Source of the DNA: Picochlorum sp. SENEW3
Lineage: Eukaryota
Assembly: GCA_034226945.1 (NCBI GenBank)
Contig: CP120461.1
Span: forward strand, 620,001 to 684,000
Length of the DNA: 64,000 nucleotides
Direction: 5' to 3'
Position 1 is the first letter of the stretch; each line of letters begins with the position of its first letter. Positions 40,819 through 54,620 of this stretch are shown piece by piece. The notes under the pieces were generated by a model that did not search any database, was not told the DNA's origin, and was given only the letters and a program-made list of their open reading frames with translations. Position numbers and translations under genes: made by a program.

Positions 40819-40882
40819 ATTGATAGACACAATCTAGTTTTTTCTGTTATGTGAAAATAACAACTTATATTGCAATGTTTTA

Positions 40883-42246
40883 CTATCCCTCTTCTCCAAA
40901 CTCTTGCGTGAATTTCTTGTACTCATCCAAATCTTTGGGGCTCACGGTTGGGCGTGCGCGCAGCAACACCTTTCTAAAATCATCCATGCAGATATCAGGA
41001 GGACGAACAATCGCCGCCTTGCCACTTTCTGCTAAACTAGCCAGCGTTGCTTCAAAAGCCTTGGGATCACCTGGTGAACAAGGCACGAGAACCTTTTCAT
41101 TTTCCTTGGTCTTGACGAGTTTGAAATGTGTCGCATCTTGTGTCTTTCTAATCGGTTGCATCAACACGTCTTTCACAATCACAGAAATATCCGACCCACT
41201 AAAACCAGCCGTCTTTTCTCCCAACTCCATATAATCCTCTCTGGTCAAGTTGTTGGGAGTGTCCCCCACATGAATCTCAAACATGCGAGCTCGATCCCTC
41301 GCCTCTGGAAGAGGAATGTGAATCCTTTTATCAAATCGCCGTCGAACAGCCTGATCCAACGCATACGGCAAATTTGTGGCACCTAATAGCAATACTCGAG
41401 CCCCATCATCGTGCCCCACCCCCTGCATCTGCACCAAGAATTCAGTCTTGATCCTCCGAGCAGCCTCACTCTCCCCCTCCCCTCGAGTGCTACACAAGGC
41501 ATCAATCTCATCGATAAAAATAATAGACGGCGCCTTCTCTCTCGCCAAAGCAAATAAACTACTAACAAGCTTTTCACTCTCACCCATCCACTTGCTCACT
41601 AAATCAGATGACGAGACGGAGAAAAAAGTTGAATCAGCCTCTGTTGCAATCGCCTTTGCCAGATACGATTTACCCGTCCCCGGTGGCCCATACAACAAAA
41701 TCCCATTCCACGGCCGTCTCTTTCCAGTAAAAAATTGCGGATACTTGACCGGCAAAATGACAGCTTCCTTCAACGCATCCTTTGCCGCATCCAACCCAGC
41801 CACATCATCCCACTGCACATTCGGCTTCTCCTCCAGTATCGCATCCCCCAAAGTCGCCTTCAATGCAGCCAATTCCTCATCTTTCCCCTTTGTCTTCGCC
41901 CCAGTCATGGTAGCCGCTGCAGACCCATTCCTAGCATTCGAACCACCATCAGAATTCTGTTGACCATTCAAAGCATCCTTCAGTTCCTTAATCCTCGCCA
42001 GATACTCCCGGCACTTTTGTTCTATGATACTCTTTTGAGAAGGATTCTTATTGTACTTGTTATGATACACAAAGAATTCGACAGCATTCATGTAATGCTC
42101 ACACGCGTCTTCGTATTTCTTCTCCCTATCAGCCTCAACAGCCTTTTTAGCACACTCTGCAGACACATTCGGCATCACGATACAAAACCATACCACTCCA
42201 TCACCCCATAAAACCCACCTAAAGCACGTTCTTTAAATTCTAGCAT
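40883..42246 (-). CDS. VPS4: AAA ATPase VPS4/SKD1
   Basis: Exons 42246-42219 and 42156-40883; MIT domain, GPPGTGKS, IFIDEID, PCSPGDP, C-terminal FGEEG. Confidence 0.96.
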
Positions 42247-42617
42247 GGTCAATGACTCCCTGGAACTGTCCTGTTTGCTTGTCACGAGTGATCTGTTTTC
42301 CTCGTTTGTGTCCTCCTTCCCATCATGGGATATTCCGCGATACCAGTTTGATTTTTTTCTGTGCCTCTATGTTTTTTTATTCATATACAGCAACAATAAT
42401 AATAGAGGCGCGTGTTGCATGGTATCCAACAACAATACCCTCCACCACCAGTACATGGAAAAAAAAGGATTCTGAATATGGACATGAGAAAAGACAATCA
42501 TCTTCGGTCAAATACAGTTTTGACCGAATATAATAGATCCTCTAGACACATCCGGGTTCCATATAAATATTGAGCAGGCATGGTCTGATACGCACACCAA
42601 TATTGTATCACAGAGCT

Positions 42618-45038
42618 ATGGAGAGTGGAGATACGGAATCGATATTTCATCTCAGCAGTCACCTCGTGGGTCACAAGGAAGACGTATGTTTGATTGTATT
42701 TTCTTTTCTTCTTCTTGGATTTGGATTTCGAGAGAGGTCGGTGGTCTCATGGATGCATGTGTGTGTGGTATAGGTTCGATGTTTGACTACAGATTCAGAG
42801 GGAGCGTATATTGTGACTGGTTCGAGGGATCGGACTATCAAAGTATGGAAGCAACAGCCTGATCCAGAGTGTGTGTGTGATCTGTCAGGGCATGGGGATT
42901 ATGTGACGGCGCTGTGTGCTGGTCCTCGAGAGGGGTGCTTGATATCTGGTTCGAGGGATGCGACGGTGCGGGTGTGGTTGGCAGATGAGGGGTTGGTGTG
43001 TAGAGAAGAGGGACAGGTGGTGTTGACAGGGCATGAGTACCAGGTGACTGGTCTTGCATGTTTCAAGGAGGGTGACATTATTGTGTCTACATCGTTGGAT
43101 AAGAGTACGAGAGTATGGAAGATGAATGGGGATTATTCGAGTGGGACATGTCTGCATGTCATGCAGGAGCATGATGGGCCTGTCCTGTGTGCTGCAAAAG
43201 TGTCAGAGAGTGCTTTGGTTACTGGAAGCGGGGATTGTACGCTGCGATTCTGGTCTATTGATAAAAGTGGGAATATAGCGTGTACTTCTGTGCTCAATGG
43301 GCATACGGATACGGTGAGGAGCGTTGCAAGTTTGCCTGGTATTGGGATTGTGTCTGGGTCGCATGATATGACCCTCAAGGTGTGGACGTTGGATGGGGAT
43401 TGTGTTCAGACTTTCGAAGGACATGGTGCGCTGATATATTCAGTTGCCGCGCATAGTGATAGTTCATTGATTGCGTCAGGGTCAGAGGATAATACTGTGA
43501 GGATCTGGAATTTGAGTGGAGAATGTGTCCAAGTGATCCAACATCCAGGATGTGTGTGGGCAGTCTGTTTCCTGCCGAATGGGGATTTAGTGACTGCATG
43601 TTCGGATGGGATTGGTAGAATATGGTCTCGGGATTCGAGTAGAATTGCCTCAGAGGAGGTGCAGTCCATGTATGAGGCCCAGGTGGAGGCATACACAGCC
43701 AAGCCTGAACAGCAGGAGGATGGACAGGGTAAAATGAAAATGTATGATAGTAGTGCTCTTCAACAGCCTGGTCAATACGATGGGCATACGATTGTTGTTG
43801 ATGAGGGCTCCTGTGGTATGGTGTATGCTTGGAATCAATCGGCTGCGGATTGGGAAAAGGTGGGTGAAGTGATGACAGATGGTGCAGCAGCTGATACTGG
43901 CAGTCAGTGGGATTTCGAATTCGATGTGGACATTGCTGATGATCAGCCAAAGTTAAAATTGTGCGCGAATGCGGGTGAAGACGCATATACCGTTGCTGAT
44001 CGATTTATAGCTGAACACAATCTTCCAACCAGTTACAAGGAACAGATTGCTCAATTCCTCGTCACAAACACCAGTGGCAAGGTGAATATTCATATGGATA
44101 CGTCTGGTTCGTATGTGGATCCATTTACGGGATCGAATGCATATGTACCGACGTCGAATGCTGCTCCTGCTCCGCCGTCATTTGCTGGTGGAGCAAATGT
44201 GGACCCATTTACAGGATCAGCTCCAGGTCAGAGCAGCAGGTTCCCTGTGAAGGAATATGTACTGTTTACGTCTCCTCTGTCAGCGAGCGCGAGGAAAAAG
44301 CTGAAGGAATTCAGTGACGACATAGCCAAGAAGGACGAAACGCTTGCCATTCAGGAGGATGAATGGGCAGCAATAGATGCCCTCTTGGATACTGCAACAC
44401 AAGGCCCCATGCCAGGTGTCATTGATAAAATTCTATGCTGGCCCAGTGACACAGTTTTTCCTCTCCTTGATATTTTTAGAGCACTTCTCTCGAATGACAA
44501 AGGTAGAGTCATGATGACGACATACCTGCAGAGCATCAAGGTACACCCAGAAAGTGGATCATGTGGTGCCACTATTGAGAAGATTTTGAGGGATCCAGAA
44601 AACAATGCGGGCAAAATCGCTGCTCTAAGAGTTCTTGTGAATCTATTCCACACAGACACAACTCCGATCGTCCTGGAGAATCTGGACCACCTGGTAAGCT
44701 TGGTGTCTCTGTGCAGGGACAGTGAGGTCAAGGGCATCCAAAATGCATACACTGCATTTGTCCTCAATACAGCTGTATTGCTCGCTAAAATGCTCGCTCC
44801 AAACGCTGATAGTATCTCAACAGTAGCGAATGAAGCAGCACAGTATGTGTGTAAGCACAAAGACTCGCCCAATGCTACAGCCTTGATGCAAGCATTGCTC
44901 GCTGTTGGAACGCTCAGGAGAGAATCCCTGTTGAAACGCTCAGATGTCCTGCATCTGATCGGATCCGACGTGTTTACGTCAATCTCTGCGCGTGCAGGAG
45001 AAGAAGCATCGATTGCTATAGAGTTACAAAAAATGTAA
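42618..45038 (+). CDS. PLAA: PLAA/Ufd3/Doa1 (WD40-PFU-PUL)
   Basis: Exons 42618-42683 and 42774-45038; WD40 repeats, WEKVGEV, DFEFDVDI, YVDPFTG..AYVP, FPLLDIFR. Confidence 0.93.
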
Positions 45039-45067
45039 ATCATTGACATGCACAGGAGAAGAACCCA

Positions 45068-45644
45068 CTACTCCAGAGCCACAGCATCAATCTCCACCTT
45101 GGCACCCAGGGGAAGTCCCTTGACAGCAAATGTCGCCCTCGCTGGCGGATTCTCTGGGAAATACTTTCCATAAATCTCATTCACAGTTCCAAAGTCGCTC
45201 ATATCCGCCAACAATATGGTCGTCTTCACCACCTTATCGAATGAAGTACCGGCTGCTGATAAAATAGCCCCCAGGTTGGCCATCACCTGCTCCGTCTGCC
45301 CAGCCACGTCCGGAGATGCAAATTCCTTGGTCTACAACCACACATGACAACGTCATACGCACGATCGTGATATTGTACATACAATACACCGTTCATCGCA
45401 CCCCTGGAACGAGAGCCACCTGTCCCGACACATAGACCATGCCATTGGCCTTGATGGCTTGGCTGTATGGTCCAACCGCACCAGGAGCATTCTCTGTGCT
45501 GATCACCTCACGAGAAGACGCCATCACAATTGATGAGAATGCGCTTCTTCTTCTGTGCCTGGCAATCAAAGCTGTGCTTCCTTTGGTTGCAGATTGAATT
45601 CTACAAATCTGTTGCAATGGCTTTGCCGATGCCGCCCCAATCAT
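45068..45644 (-). CDS. RIDA: Reactive intermediate deaminase RidA (YjgF/UK114), organelle-targeted
   Basis: Exons 45644-45402 and 45331-45068; AP.AVGPYSQAI, VSGQ, PPAR, LPLGAKVEI. Confidence 0.94.
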
Positions 45645-45873
45645 GATTCTTCGTATTCAAATATTCCACTATTTCACAATACAATGCCCATCATGACTCA
45701 TGCGATGCCTGTTCTTGCCAAATTCCTGAGTTTTTAATCCATCTAAAGTAGGAAAAGCACTACCAACGACCATGGAGGCAGCAGCCTTCCTGTCAAGCAA
45801 GATCCATGATGTACCACCTCTGACGCTGCTATGAATTGACATTTTATTTAATTGAGAATTTACGATACTCACG

Positions 45874-48675
45874 ATGGCGTCGGTTGATGTGACGGGCATC
45901 TTACAGGCTTGTCAAAGCCCAGATGCAGGACAACGGCAGCACGGAGAGGCAAAGCTCAAGGAATTGGAGTCAGATCCTTTGACATTTTTCATATCTCTCA
46001 GCCAGCATCTAGCAACGACGTCGAATCCAGTGGATACCAGGAAATTATCGGGTATGTGGCATTATCGTTGACGAATGGGCCAACACGAGTAGCAGTATTT
46101 GTGACGGTTGTGTGATATATTCTATAGGTCTTGTATTAAAGAATGCTTTAGATTCTCGGGATAGCGCTAAAAAGGTGCGAGGACTGGGCCATGTTGTTTT
46201 CTTGATCAGAATCAGACCAACGACTGGTGGTCTGCTGCGCCGAGGAATCGCGATGCTTACTGTATTGTACATGTGTTGCAGGATGAGCAAGCTTCCCGTT
46301 GGATGGGGCTGCCGGAAAATGTCCGCCTGCAGACGAAGGAGTCTCTCCTGGTGGCCCTGGAGGCACCTGAGATGGATATTGGGCATACTTCAGCCCTGGT
46401 GATTGCCAAGGTGGCTGCGATCGAGATTCCCAAGAATCAGTGGCCGCAGTTGGTTCCTAAAGTGCTGACGAATGCGGATCAGGGTGCCCCGTTGAATGTT
46501 CGGCAATCATCAATTGAGGTGCTGGGATATCTCTGTGAGGAGCTGGCAGAGTTTGAGGAGGATTACCTGGATGAAGAGATGGTGAACAAGATACTGACTG
46601 GAGTGGTGACGGCGATGAGGCCAGAAGAGCCGAGTATGGATTTGAGATGTGTGGCGACAAAGGCTCTCACGAATGCGCTCGATTATGCATCAGGCAACTT
46701 CCAGAGGGACCAGGAGCGTAACTACATTATGGAGACAATTTGCCATGGGACTGGTGCAGCAGATGCTAAAGTGAGAGAAGCTGCATGGGAGTGTTTGGTT
46801 AGAGTGGTAGAAAATTATTATGAGCATCTTCCAGCGTATATTGGGGCAATATTTACGTTGACTCAGACAGCAATGGGTGACCCTGTGGAAGGTGTGGTCA
46901 TGCAGGCCTTGGAGTTTTGGTCTTCCATTGCTGAAGAAGAATTCATGTGCTTGTTAGATGTCGAAGATGGCAAAGAAGACAAGAGCTATAAATTTATCCT
47001 CAACTCTCTGAACCAGCTCGTCCCTCTTCTCTTGGAGCAGTTGACCAAGCAGGATGAATTTGCAGACGAGGGGTCTTGGAACATTGCCCTTGCAGCAGGT
47101 ACAGCACTTTCCCTGACGGCGACCGTCGCGAAAGACCCGATTGTAGGATTAGTGATGCCATACGTGGAGCAGAATATACACCGTAATGCCACTCAGGATG
47201 ACTGGAAATTTAGGGAGGCTGCCACGTTTGCATTTGGCTGCATCTTGGATGGGCCAGATTGCCAGGCACTGGGTGGTCTTGCGAGATCCGGTCTGAATTA
47301 TCTATTGAGTGCTTTGTCTGATGGCCATCCGTTGGTGAAAAATACAACTGCTTGGTGCCTGGGACGTATTTTCGAATTTGTGCATGGTCATCTCAAGGAT
47401 CCTCCCCTCATCACTCCAGAAAACCTTCCTGTAGTCATTGAGGCGCTGCTCAAGTCACTAGACGATGAGATTCATATAGCAGAAAAAGTTTGTTATGCAA
47501 TCAGCAAGCTTGCCGCAGGATTTAGTGACATGAGCCCATCACCATTGTCACAGTACTTTGAGACTATTGTTGGAAAGCTTTTGGCAACATCGACACGTGT
47601 TGGAGAGCAATTTTCAAACATTCAAATTCAGTCATTTGAAGCAATCAATGAGGTTGTGACAGCATCGTCACAGGATGCTTTGCCCATTGTTGCTCATCTC
47701 ATTCCTGTGGTCAATCAGAGAATAGCAGAAGTGAGCTCAATTCCACCAACATCTCAGGAATCCTCTGAGCAACAAATCGAGACATTGAATTTGCTTTGTG
47801 GAGTTCTGAACGTCATTATAACAAAGATGTACAATTGTAGTAGTGAAAGTCAGCAGCTGATATCGTCACAAGTGGCTGACAGTATCATGCAGGCCCTTCT
47901 GACTGTGTTTTCATGCCGACAGTCATATGTGCCCGAAGAGGCCATGTTGGCAGTCGGAGCATTGACGTATATCACTGGAGGAGCATTCCAAAGATACATG
48001 GAGTCGTTTTATCCATTTTTGGAGAAGGGATTGCGACAAGTTCGTGACTGGCAAACATGCCTCATCACTCTGGGCATTCTCGGAGACGTGTGCAGGGCTC
48101 TGGACAAACAATTTAGTGTATATTGTGACCCTATCATGACGATCCTGATTCAGAACTTAGAAGATCCAGAGGTCCCTAAATCTGTGAAGCCGTCGATTTT
48201 ATCCTCGTTTGGCGATATTTCGATCGCGATCGGGGACGATTTTGTCAAGTATTTGAAGGCTGTTGCCGCACCCCTTGGTGCAGCTGCAGCAATGAGCGTA
48301 GAAATGGCCAGGACAGTTGGAGATGATGAGGATGAGATTGCGTACATTAATTCTCTTAGGCAACATATCCTTGAGGCTTGGAGTGGGATACTAAATGCAC
48401 TGTCGAAAGAAATGATTGATGAGCACCTGAAGATGTATGCTCCAATGATAATTGAATATGTGGAGCACATAGCACACGATCCCCACAAGGATTTGTCCGT
48501 TCTAAATCGAGCGACAGGTGCATTAGGAGATGTTGCAGCAAATGTATCAGAAATCGGTATCATTTTGAAGCAGAAGGCATACGTCAAGCCATTCCTTGAA
48601 GAGTGTATGGCTCAACCTGGTCTCGATGAAAAGGCAAATTGGGCTCTTACAATGGTGAGGGCCGCAGAACAGTAG
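45874..48675 (+). CDS. KPNB1: Importin subunit beta-1
   Basis: Exons 45874-46051, 46128-46174, 46282-48675; GLVLKNAL, QALEFWSSI.EEE, W..REAATFAFG.IL.GP, KPSILSSFGDI. Confidence 0.95.
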
Positions 48676-48703
48676 AACTTTGTGTAATAAATACATGTAC
48701 ATT

Positions 48704-50220
48704 TTATTCTTCTTCTTCATACACTAAACCAGCATTTGCTTGTATTCGCTTTGCTTTGGGAGGGGCGCTAAAATTGAACAAACCAGAGGCATCATGCCTG
48801 TCAACATTTTCAATTCCAACCTGAACCAGCGCATCCAACATTGACCTCAGCAAAGATACATCAGCAACCATCTCAGCCATCTCATGAGCCTCTGCACAAT
48901 CCTTTGCATAGCATTCTCCAGGTAGCCATGCTGCGTAGCGCTCATCTCGCTCAGACTGAAACACTGCTGCATCTGACCCATTTGCAGGGACAACCCAGTG
49001 AAGGATATCTCCCATGGAACGGGACAATGCTCTATATACATAAAAACTATCGAATGAGTCGTAATTACGCGGCATCAATTCAATGACAACGGATCCAGGC
49101 TGCAAGAATAGCGAATACCCTAGATGAGAAGTGTGACGAGCAACCAGTATATGCGTCTGAGCCATCCTCCTTGCAAACGACTCAATGGGCACCCCCAAAG
49201 TCGGGCTGTATGGCCTCACATAGAAAGCTCGACCACCTAACGTATTTTTGTACTCATGGAAAAGCCGCAATACCTCTCCAGCATTAAATATTCCAGCATC
49301 ATCCGCGGACAAGATGAGAGTAATATCTTGGGGAGGAGATGCAAAAGAGACATTAAATTCTTTCCTCACATCTTCCCTGAACGAACGCGCAATCTCCTTG
49401 GAGACGAATATATTCCGATTCTCATCCCCTTTCAATATCTTCTTATCCCGTTTCAAGAGGATGACCCGCTGAAAGCCAACCCACTGCTGGAAATCTCTCC
49501 CAATATCCTGAATGAACCAAAGCTTTGGTTTGAATCCCTTGTGAAACGAAGCAGCGGGCTTCACAGCGACACTCAACAATTCCATAATCCAAGGGTACTT
49601 TTGAACATCCTTTTTCAAAAGGTTTCGGATGATCACATGCTTGAAAGGCAGGGTCTCCCCATTGTTTTCCCTGACTGCTTGCTCAAGAGCTGCCACCACA
49701 AGCCCCCGAACTCTTCCCACAATCTCAAACCAATACGCCATATTGCTCACTCGATCCACATCCGGGAAATCAATCATCAATGAAACACCGTCCACCCATC
49801 CAACCTTGACATTCTCCAGAAATCTGGGTACAGATTGAAATGACAGGCAAGAGACTGGAGAACTGATACCCAGTATTTTGTACTCATCGAAACGGCACGT
49901 TTCACTCACATTTGACCACTCTGACAAAATAAAATACTTGTTTATGTGGAAATACAACCTATCGATCGTCACCCAGTCCTTACTATCGCTGATTTCCGTA
50001 GATTTTCCTGCAGAATTTTTAAACGACATGTTGACTCTTTCTCCTTCTTCCCTCCCAACCATCCCCTGGTGACCCAACTCTTGTATATACACACACCATA
50101 TTCAGGTTGGTAGTCCACAAACCACGATGCGGCTGAAGTTGAACCATAGCAAACGGGAAACGCGAGCAGAATGGTCAAGCCCAAGGTCAGCGCAGACCGA
50201 TTCATTGATTCTCCATTCAA
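48704..50220 (-). CDS. GT61/DUF563-like glycosyltransferase
   Basis: Possible exons 50220-50097 (signal anchor) and 49920-48704; NMAYWFE, ILVARH..LG.SLFLQPGSVVIELMP resembles the GT61 motif. Confidence 0.65.
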
Positions 50221-50247
50221 TGTATTACAGGGACGTGTACTTAATGA

Positions 50248-52040
50248 TTATTCTTGAGATTCAACCCAGGATCGCAATGTTTTGATGCGATCCTCGAGTT
50301 TGACTACTGGATGGCTTGTGACATCTCCAGATTCCAGAGCCAATAGACGCATAACATCCCCAACATCTGGACCCTGCATTCGCCCAGTCAGTGCAATACG
50401 AATGGGCATGAATAATCTCTTACCTTTACGCTCTTGTGCTTTACCTATCGAGTTGATCCATCCCTTGAATTCCTTGGCATCTCCTGCAATCGCCTGCTGC
50501 AGTTCGCCGGCGTCATATGCAGCCACGACAGCACGGGCAACACTGAGAAAGTCATCATCCAAAATCTTCTTTGCAGGCTCAGATGCGAGCGTTTCTTCCA
50601 ATGGGTATCCAAGCAAAGGTACAAGCTCTTGTTCGGCGTCGTTTACTAGTTCAAGTGAGCTTGCAACAATGTTTACGGCTGCTTTTGCAAATGAGGAGTC
50701 AACAGCCCCGACAAGGCCAGCATCCAACAGCGCTTGTCCCACCATGTTTTGCATATTATCCTCATCCAGAGCTCTCAAGTGCTGTCCATTCATCCAGCAA
50801 AGTTTTGTCTTATCAAACACGGCCCCACTCTTGGTGATTCTGTCGAGGGAAAACTTCTCACACAACTCCTCCTCTGTGAAAATTTCTTGCTCCGTTCCGT
50901 CATTCCATCCGAGCAGCGACAAGAAATTGAGCATTGCTGGAGCCAAAAATCCTTCGTCTTTGAATTCACCGACAGATGTCGCTCCGTGTCTCTTGGAAAG
51001 CTTGCTCTTATCTGGAGCTAGAATCAAGGACATGTGTCCAAACATTGGAACAGGGAATCCAAGAGCTTTATAGATCAGCACCTGCCTTAATGTATTTGGC
51101 AAATGCTCTTCTGCCCTCAAAACATGGGTGATTTTCATGAGAGCGTCGTCAATAGCAACACAAAAGTTGTACACTGGAAGGCCATTGGACCTCAACAGCA
51201 CAAAATCTCCCAGGGTATCGGTATTCCACTGAACATCACCCCTCACAACATCCTGTATTTTGATGATTTCATTCTTTGGCACCCTGAAGCGATAGCAATA
51301 GGGAGTTCCCTTGGCCATCTCAGCCTCCACCTCCTCCTTTGATGCCGTTGCCCATTTGCCTCTGTAAATTGGAGGCAATTTCTTCTCCTCCGCTTCCGCC
51401 TTCATCTTTGCTAATTCCTCGTCAGTGCAGAAACAAGGGTATGCAACCCCAGCCTCGACCAACTGATCCACATACTTTTTATAAATATCCTTCCTCTCTG
51501 ACTGTCTATATGGGCCATATGGACCACCAACATCTGGACCTTCGTCCCATTCGATTCCCAGCCATGCAAGATCCCGCAACACTGCTTGCTCCGACTCCAG
51601 TGTGGATCTAGCTTTATCCGTATCTTCCACTCGCAGAATCATTTTCCCTCCCTGATTCTTGGCATACAGCCAGTTGAACAGGGCAGTCCTTGCTCCTCCA
51701 ATATGCAGATTTCCTGTGGGCGAGGGAGCGAATCGAACACGAACTCCCGTCGTGGTAGAGTCAGAATCGTTGATATTCTGAGCAGAAGACACTTCTGCGG
51801 CAGCACATGTCACGGAGGCACGAGAGGCACGTCCAACCAAAGCAGCCTGCAACATCTCACAACATGTAGGCACAATCCTTCCATAAAGACATTCAGATGC
51901 TATATATTATTCAATCTATCAGTGGAATCACGCACCTGTCGACTTCCTTGACTCGCCTGTACTCGTCCATGGACACGAGAGGCTCGGAGGACACGCGAGT
52001 TCCTCAACAGGGAGGAAATTCCCTTTGTACTCAATTGCAT
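50248..52040 (-). CDS. gltX: Organellar glutamyl-tRNA synthetase
   Basis: Exons 52040-51936 and 51846-50248; VRVRFAPSPTGNLHIGGAR, KLSKR, transit peptide. Confidence 0.95.
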
Positions 52041-52173
52041 TGTGACGAAAATTTAATAAAATTTGATTTAAAGCCTTGCAGATTGCTTATTATTGGATGT
52101 ACATTGCTCATGAAGAAAAACAAGGCCCCACCTTATCGAGATTGATCTACCCTGTACCCACATATGATATGTC

Positions 52174-54090
52174 TTATGACAGTCCCAAAATCTTACCGCT
52201 GTCTGGATCGATGTCAATTTCATAGAAGGCAGGTCTCGTGGGAAGTCCAGGAATCATCATCATGTCTCCACAGATGGCCACAAGGAACCCTGCTCCAGCA
52301 GACGCTCGGATCTCCCGCACAGTGAGAACATGACCAGATGGAGCACCCTTGAGGGATGCATCTGTACTAAAGCTGTACTGTGTTTTTGCTATGCACACTG
52401 GGAGTTTATCAAGTCCCATCGATTCGTATCTTGATATGGCAGCTTCTGCTTCGGGGGAGTATTGAACTTCAGATGCGTGGTAAATCTCCCTGGCAACAGT
52501 CTCAATCTTTTCCTTGATTGGTTTTGAGGCCTCATACAGAAATTTAAACGACTCTCCACTCTTCTTGAACTGCTGACATGTTGATTTCACAGCTTTTGCG
52601 AGATCGACGGCGCCTGCCCCTCCTTTGCCGTGGTGTTCACAAATCACTGCCTCTGCTCCATTCGCGAGAGCCTCAGCTCTCACTGCTTCCAATTCACCAT
52701 CTGTATCGGTAGCAAATTTATTGACTGCAACGACTACTGGGACGTTGAATTTTTTTATATTTTCTATATGGCGTCGCAGATTCGAACATCCTGCTTTCAC
52801 AAGGTCAACATTCTCCGTGGTGTATGCAGGATCCAGAGGTTTTCCGGCTGACACGGGAGGACCTCCACCATGCATTTTCAATGCTCTCACCGTCGCTACG
52901 AGAACAACGCAACTAGGTTGCAAACCACTGTAACGTGTTTTGATATTAGCAAACTTTTCAAAACCAATATCAGCGCCAAAGCCCGCCTCTGTCACAACGA
53001 ATCCTTCTTCTCCTACAATCTTGAGAGCAACCTTGTCTGCAACAATACTGCTGTTTCCATGCGCAATGTTGGCAAACGGCCCAGCGTGCACCAAGACAGG
53101 CGTGCCTTCTAACGTCTGCATTAACGTAGGATTGATCGCATCCTTCATAAGAACAGTGAGAGCTCCACCGACGCCCAAATCGTCAGCTGTAATGGCTGCA
53201 CCAGACTTGGAATTGGCCACAACAATATTGCCCAATCTCTCCCTCATATCCTTCAACGACGTCGCAAGAGCCAAAATAGCCATAATCTCACTTGCAACAG
53301 CAATATCAAACCCTGTTTCCCGCACCATGCCTTTCTCTTGAGGGCCTTGTCCGATGGTTATCTTGCGCAAGAATCTATCATTGGTGTCCAGCACACGCCT
53401 CCATGTGATGGTCTCTTGGTCAATATCAAGCCGCACAAATGCCCTCTTCTCTTCTTCACTCAGTTCATCTGGATCGGTTGTATTTTTAATACCAAGCTTG
53501 GCAAGGCGCTTCGTCATAATGCTGGAGAACCTCCTCTTCCCATTCTTTTGAACAGGGCACAAGCGATTAAAGAGGGCTGTATCCGACTGTGTTGCCTCAT
53601 GGAACATCCTCGCATCAATCGCCGCAGCCAAAAGATTATTCGCAGCAGTAATAGCATGAATATCTCCAGTCAAATGCAGATTGAACTCTTCCATAGGAAT
53701 CACCTGACTGTAGCCCCCTCCAGCTGCCCCACCTTTGATGCCAAATGTTGGCCCTTGACTCGGCTGGCGAACACACGTCATCACCTCCTCACCACAATGC
53801 GCCCCAAGCGCCTGGCACAACCCAACCGTTGTCGTGGATTTACCTTCACCAAGCGGCGTTGGAGTGATACCAGCAACACACACATAATATCCATCCTGCC
53901 TCTCCTGCAACCTGTCCAGGACATTCAACTTGACCTTTGCCTTGTGAGGACCGTAGTATTCCACGTCCGATTCCTTCAGACCAGCATTGACTGCAACATC
54001 CTTAATCAGCAATGGCTCCAGAGATTGAGCGATGTCGATATCGGATGGCGTCGGGCTCAGAATGTTTTCCAGCACGCGTTGGGTTGCCAT
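52174..54090 (-). CDS. FTHFS: Formate-tetrahydrofolate ligase
   Basis: [55 protein letters not shown]. Confidence 0.96.
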   Translation of the reverse strand: MATQRVLENILSPTPSDIDIAQSLEPLLIKDVAVNAGLKESDVEYYGPHKAKVKLNVLDRLQERQDGYYVCVAGITPTPLGEGKSTTTVGLCQALGAHCGEEVMTCVRQPSQGPTFGIKGGAAGGGYSQVIPMEEFNLHLTGDIHAITAANNLLAAAIDARMFHEATQSDTALFNRLCPVQKNGKRRFSSIMTKRLAKLGIKNTTDPDELSEEEKRAFVRLDIDQETITWRRVLDTNDRFLRKITIGQGPQEKGMVRETGFDIAVASEIMAILALATSLKDMRERLGNIVVANSKSGAAITADDLGVGGALTVLMKDAINPTLMQTLEGTPVLVHAGPFANIAHGNSSIVADKVALKIVGEEGFVVTEAGFGADIGFEKFANIKTRYSGLQPSCVVLVATVRALKMHGGGPPVSAGKPLDPAYTTENVDLVKAGCSNLRRHIENIKKFNVPVVVAVNKFATDTDGELEAVRAEALANGAEAVICEHHGKGGAGAVDLAKAVKSTCQQFKKSGESFKFLYEASKPIKEKIETVAREIYHASEVQYSPEAEAAISRYESMGLDKLPVCIAKTQYSFSTDASLKGAPSGHVLTVREIRASAGAGFLVAICGDMMMIPGLPTRPAFYEIDIDPDSGKILGLS

Positions 54091-54620
54091 GTGTAGTAGA
54101 GTAGAGTCTCGTCCAGTCCAGCGATGCACCTGATATTCTCCCAATCAGTCCCTCGATAGCTAATGCTGTTCAATTATCTATGCAATGGATCCATGGATCC
54201 ATCAATCGTATGGCAATCGTACGACTCGCGCGTGGGTTTCATCCGTATTTAGAATATATAAGAAATCTAATGTTTACGTGAATACCACGCGTCACCAGTG
54301 GTTGCTATCCAAGTATTTCTTTATTGTATCATCACTGTGGGGTAGAAATTGAGAAGAAGGAGGCCCGATAATGATGGCATAGATTATGCCCACAAGTTCC
54401 ATTGACGCCTTTGCACGTGGACGACTATTTTGGGCCAGTGCGGCTGATTGTGATTTTTTCATACATTGAAATATCTCATCTGACGCTGGAAGGTGTGTTG
54501 ATTGGAATATACAGGCACACAACGTGATCTGGTTGGTTCGGTGGAGATCATTCGACTCATCCCGTGTGCTATCATTCTATCCTACAGGATTGATAAATTG
54601 GAATTAGAGGGAAGATAAAA

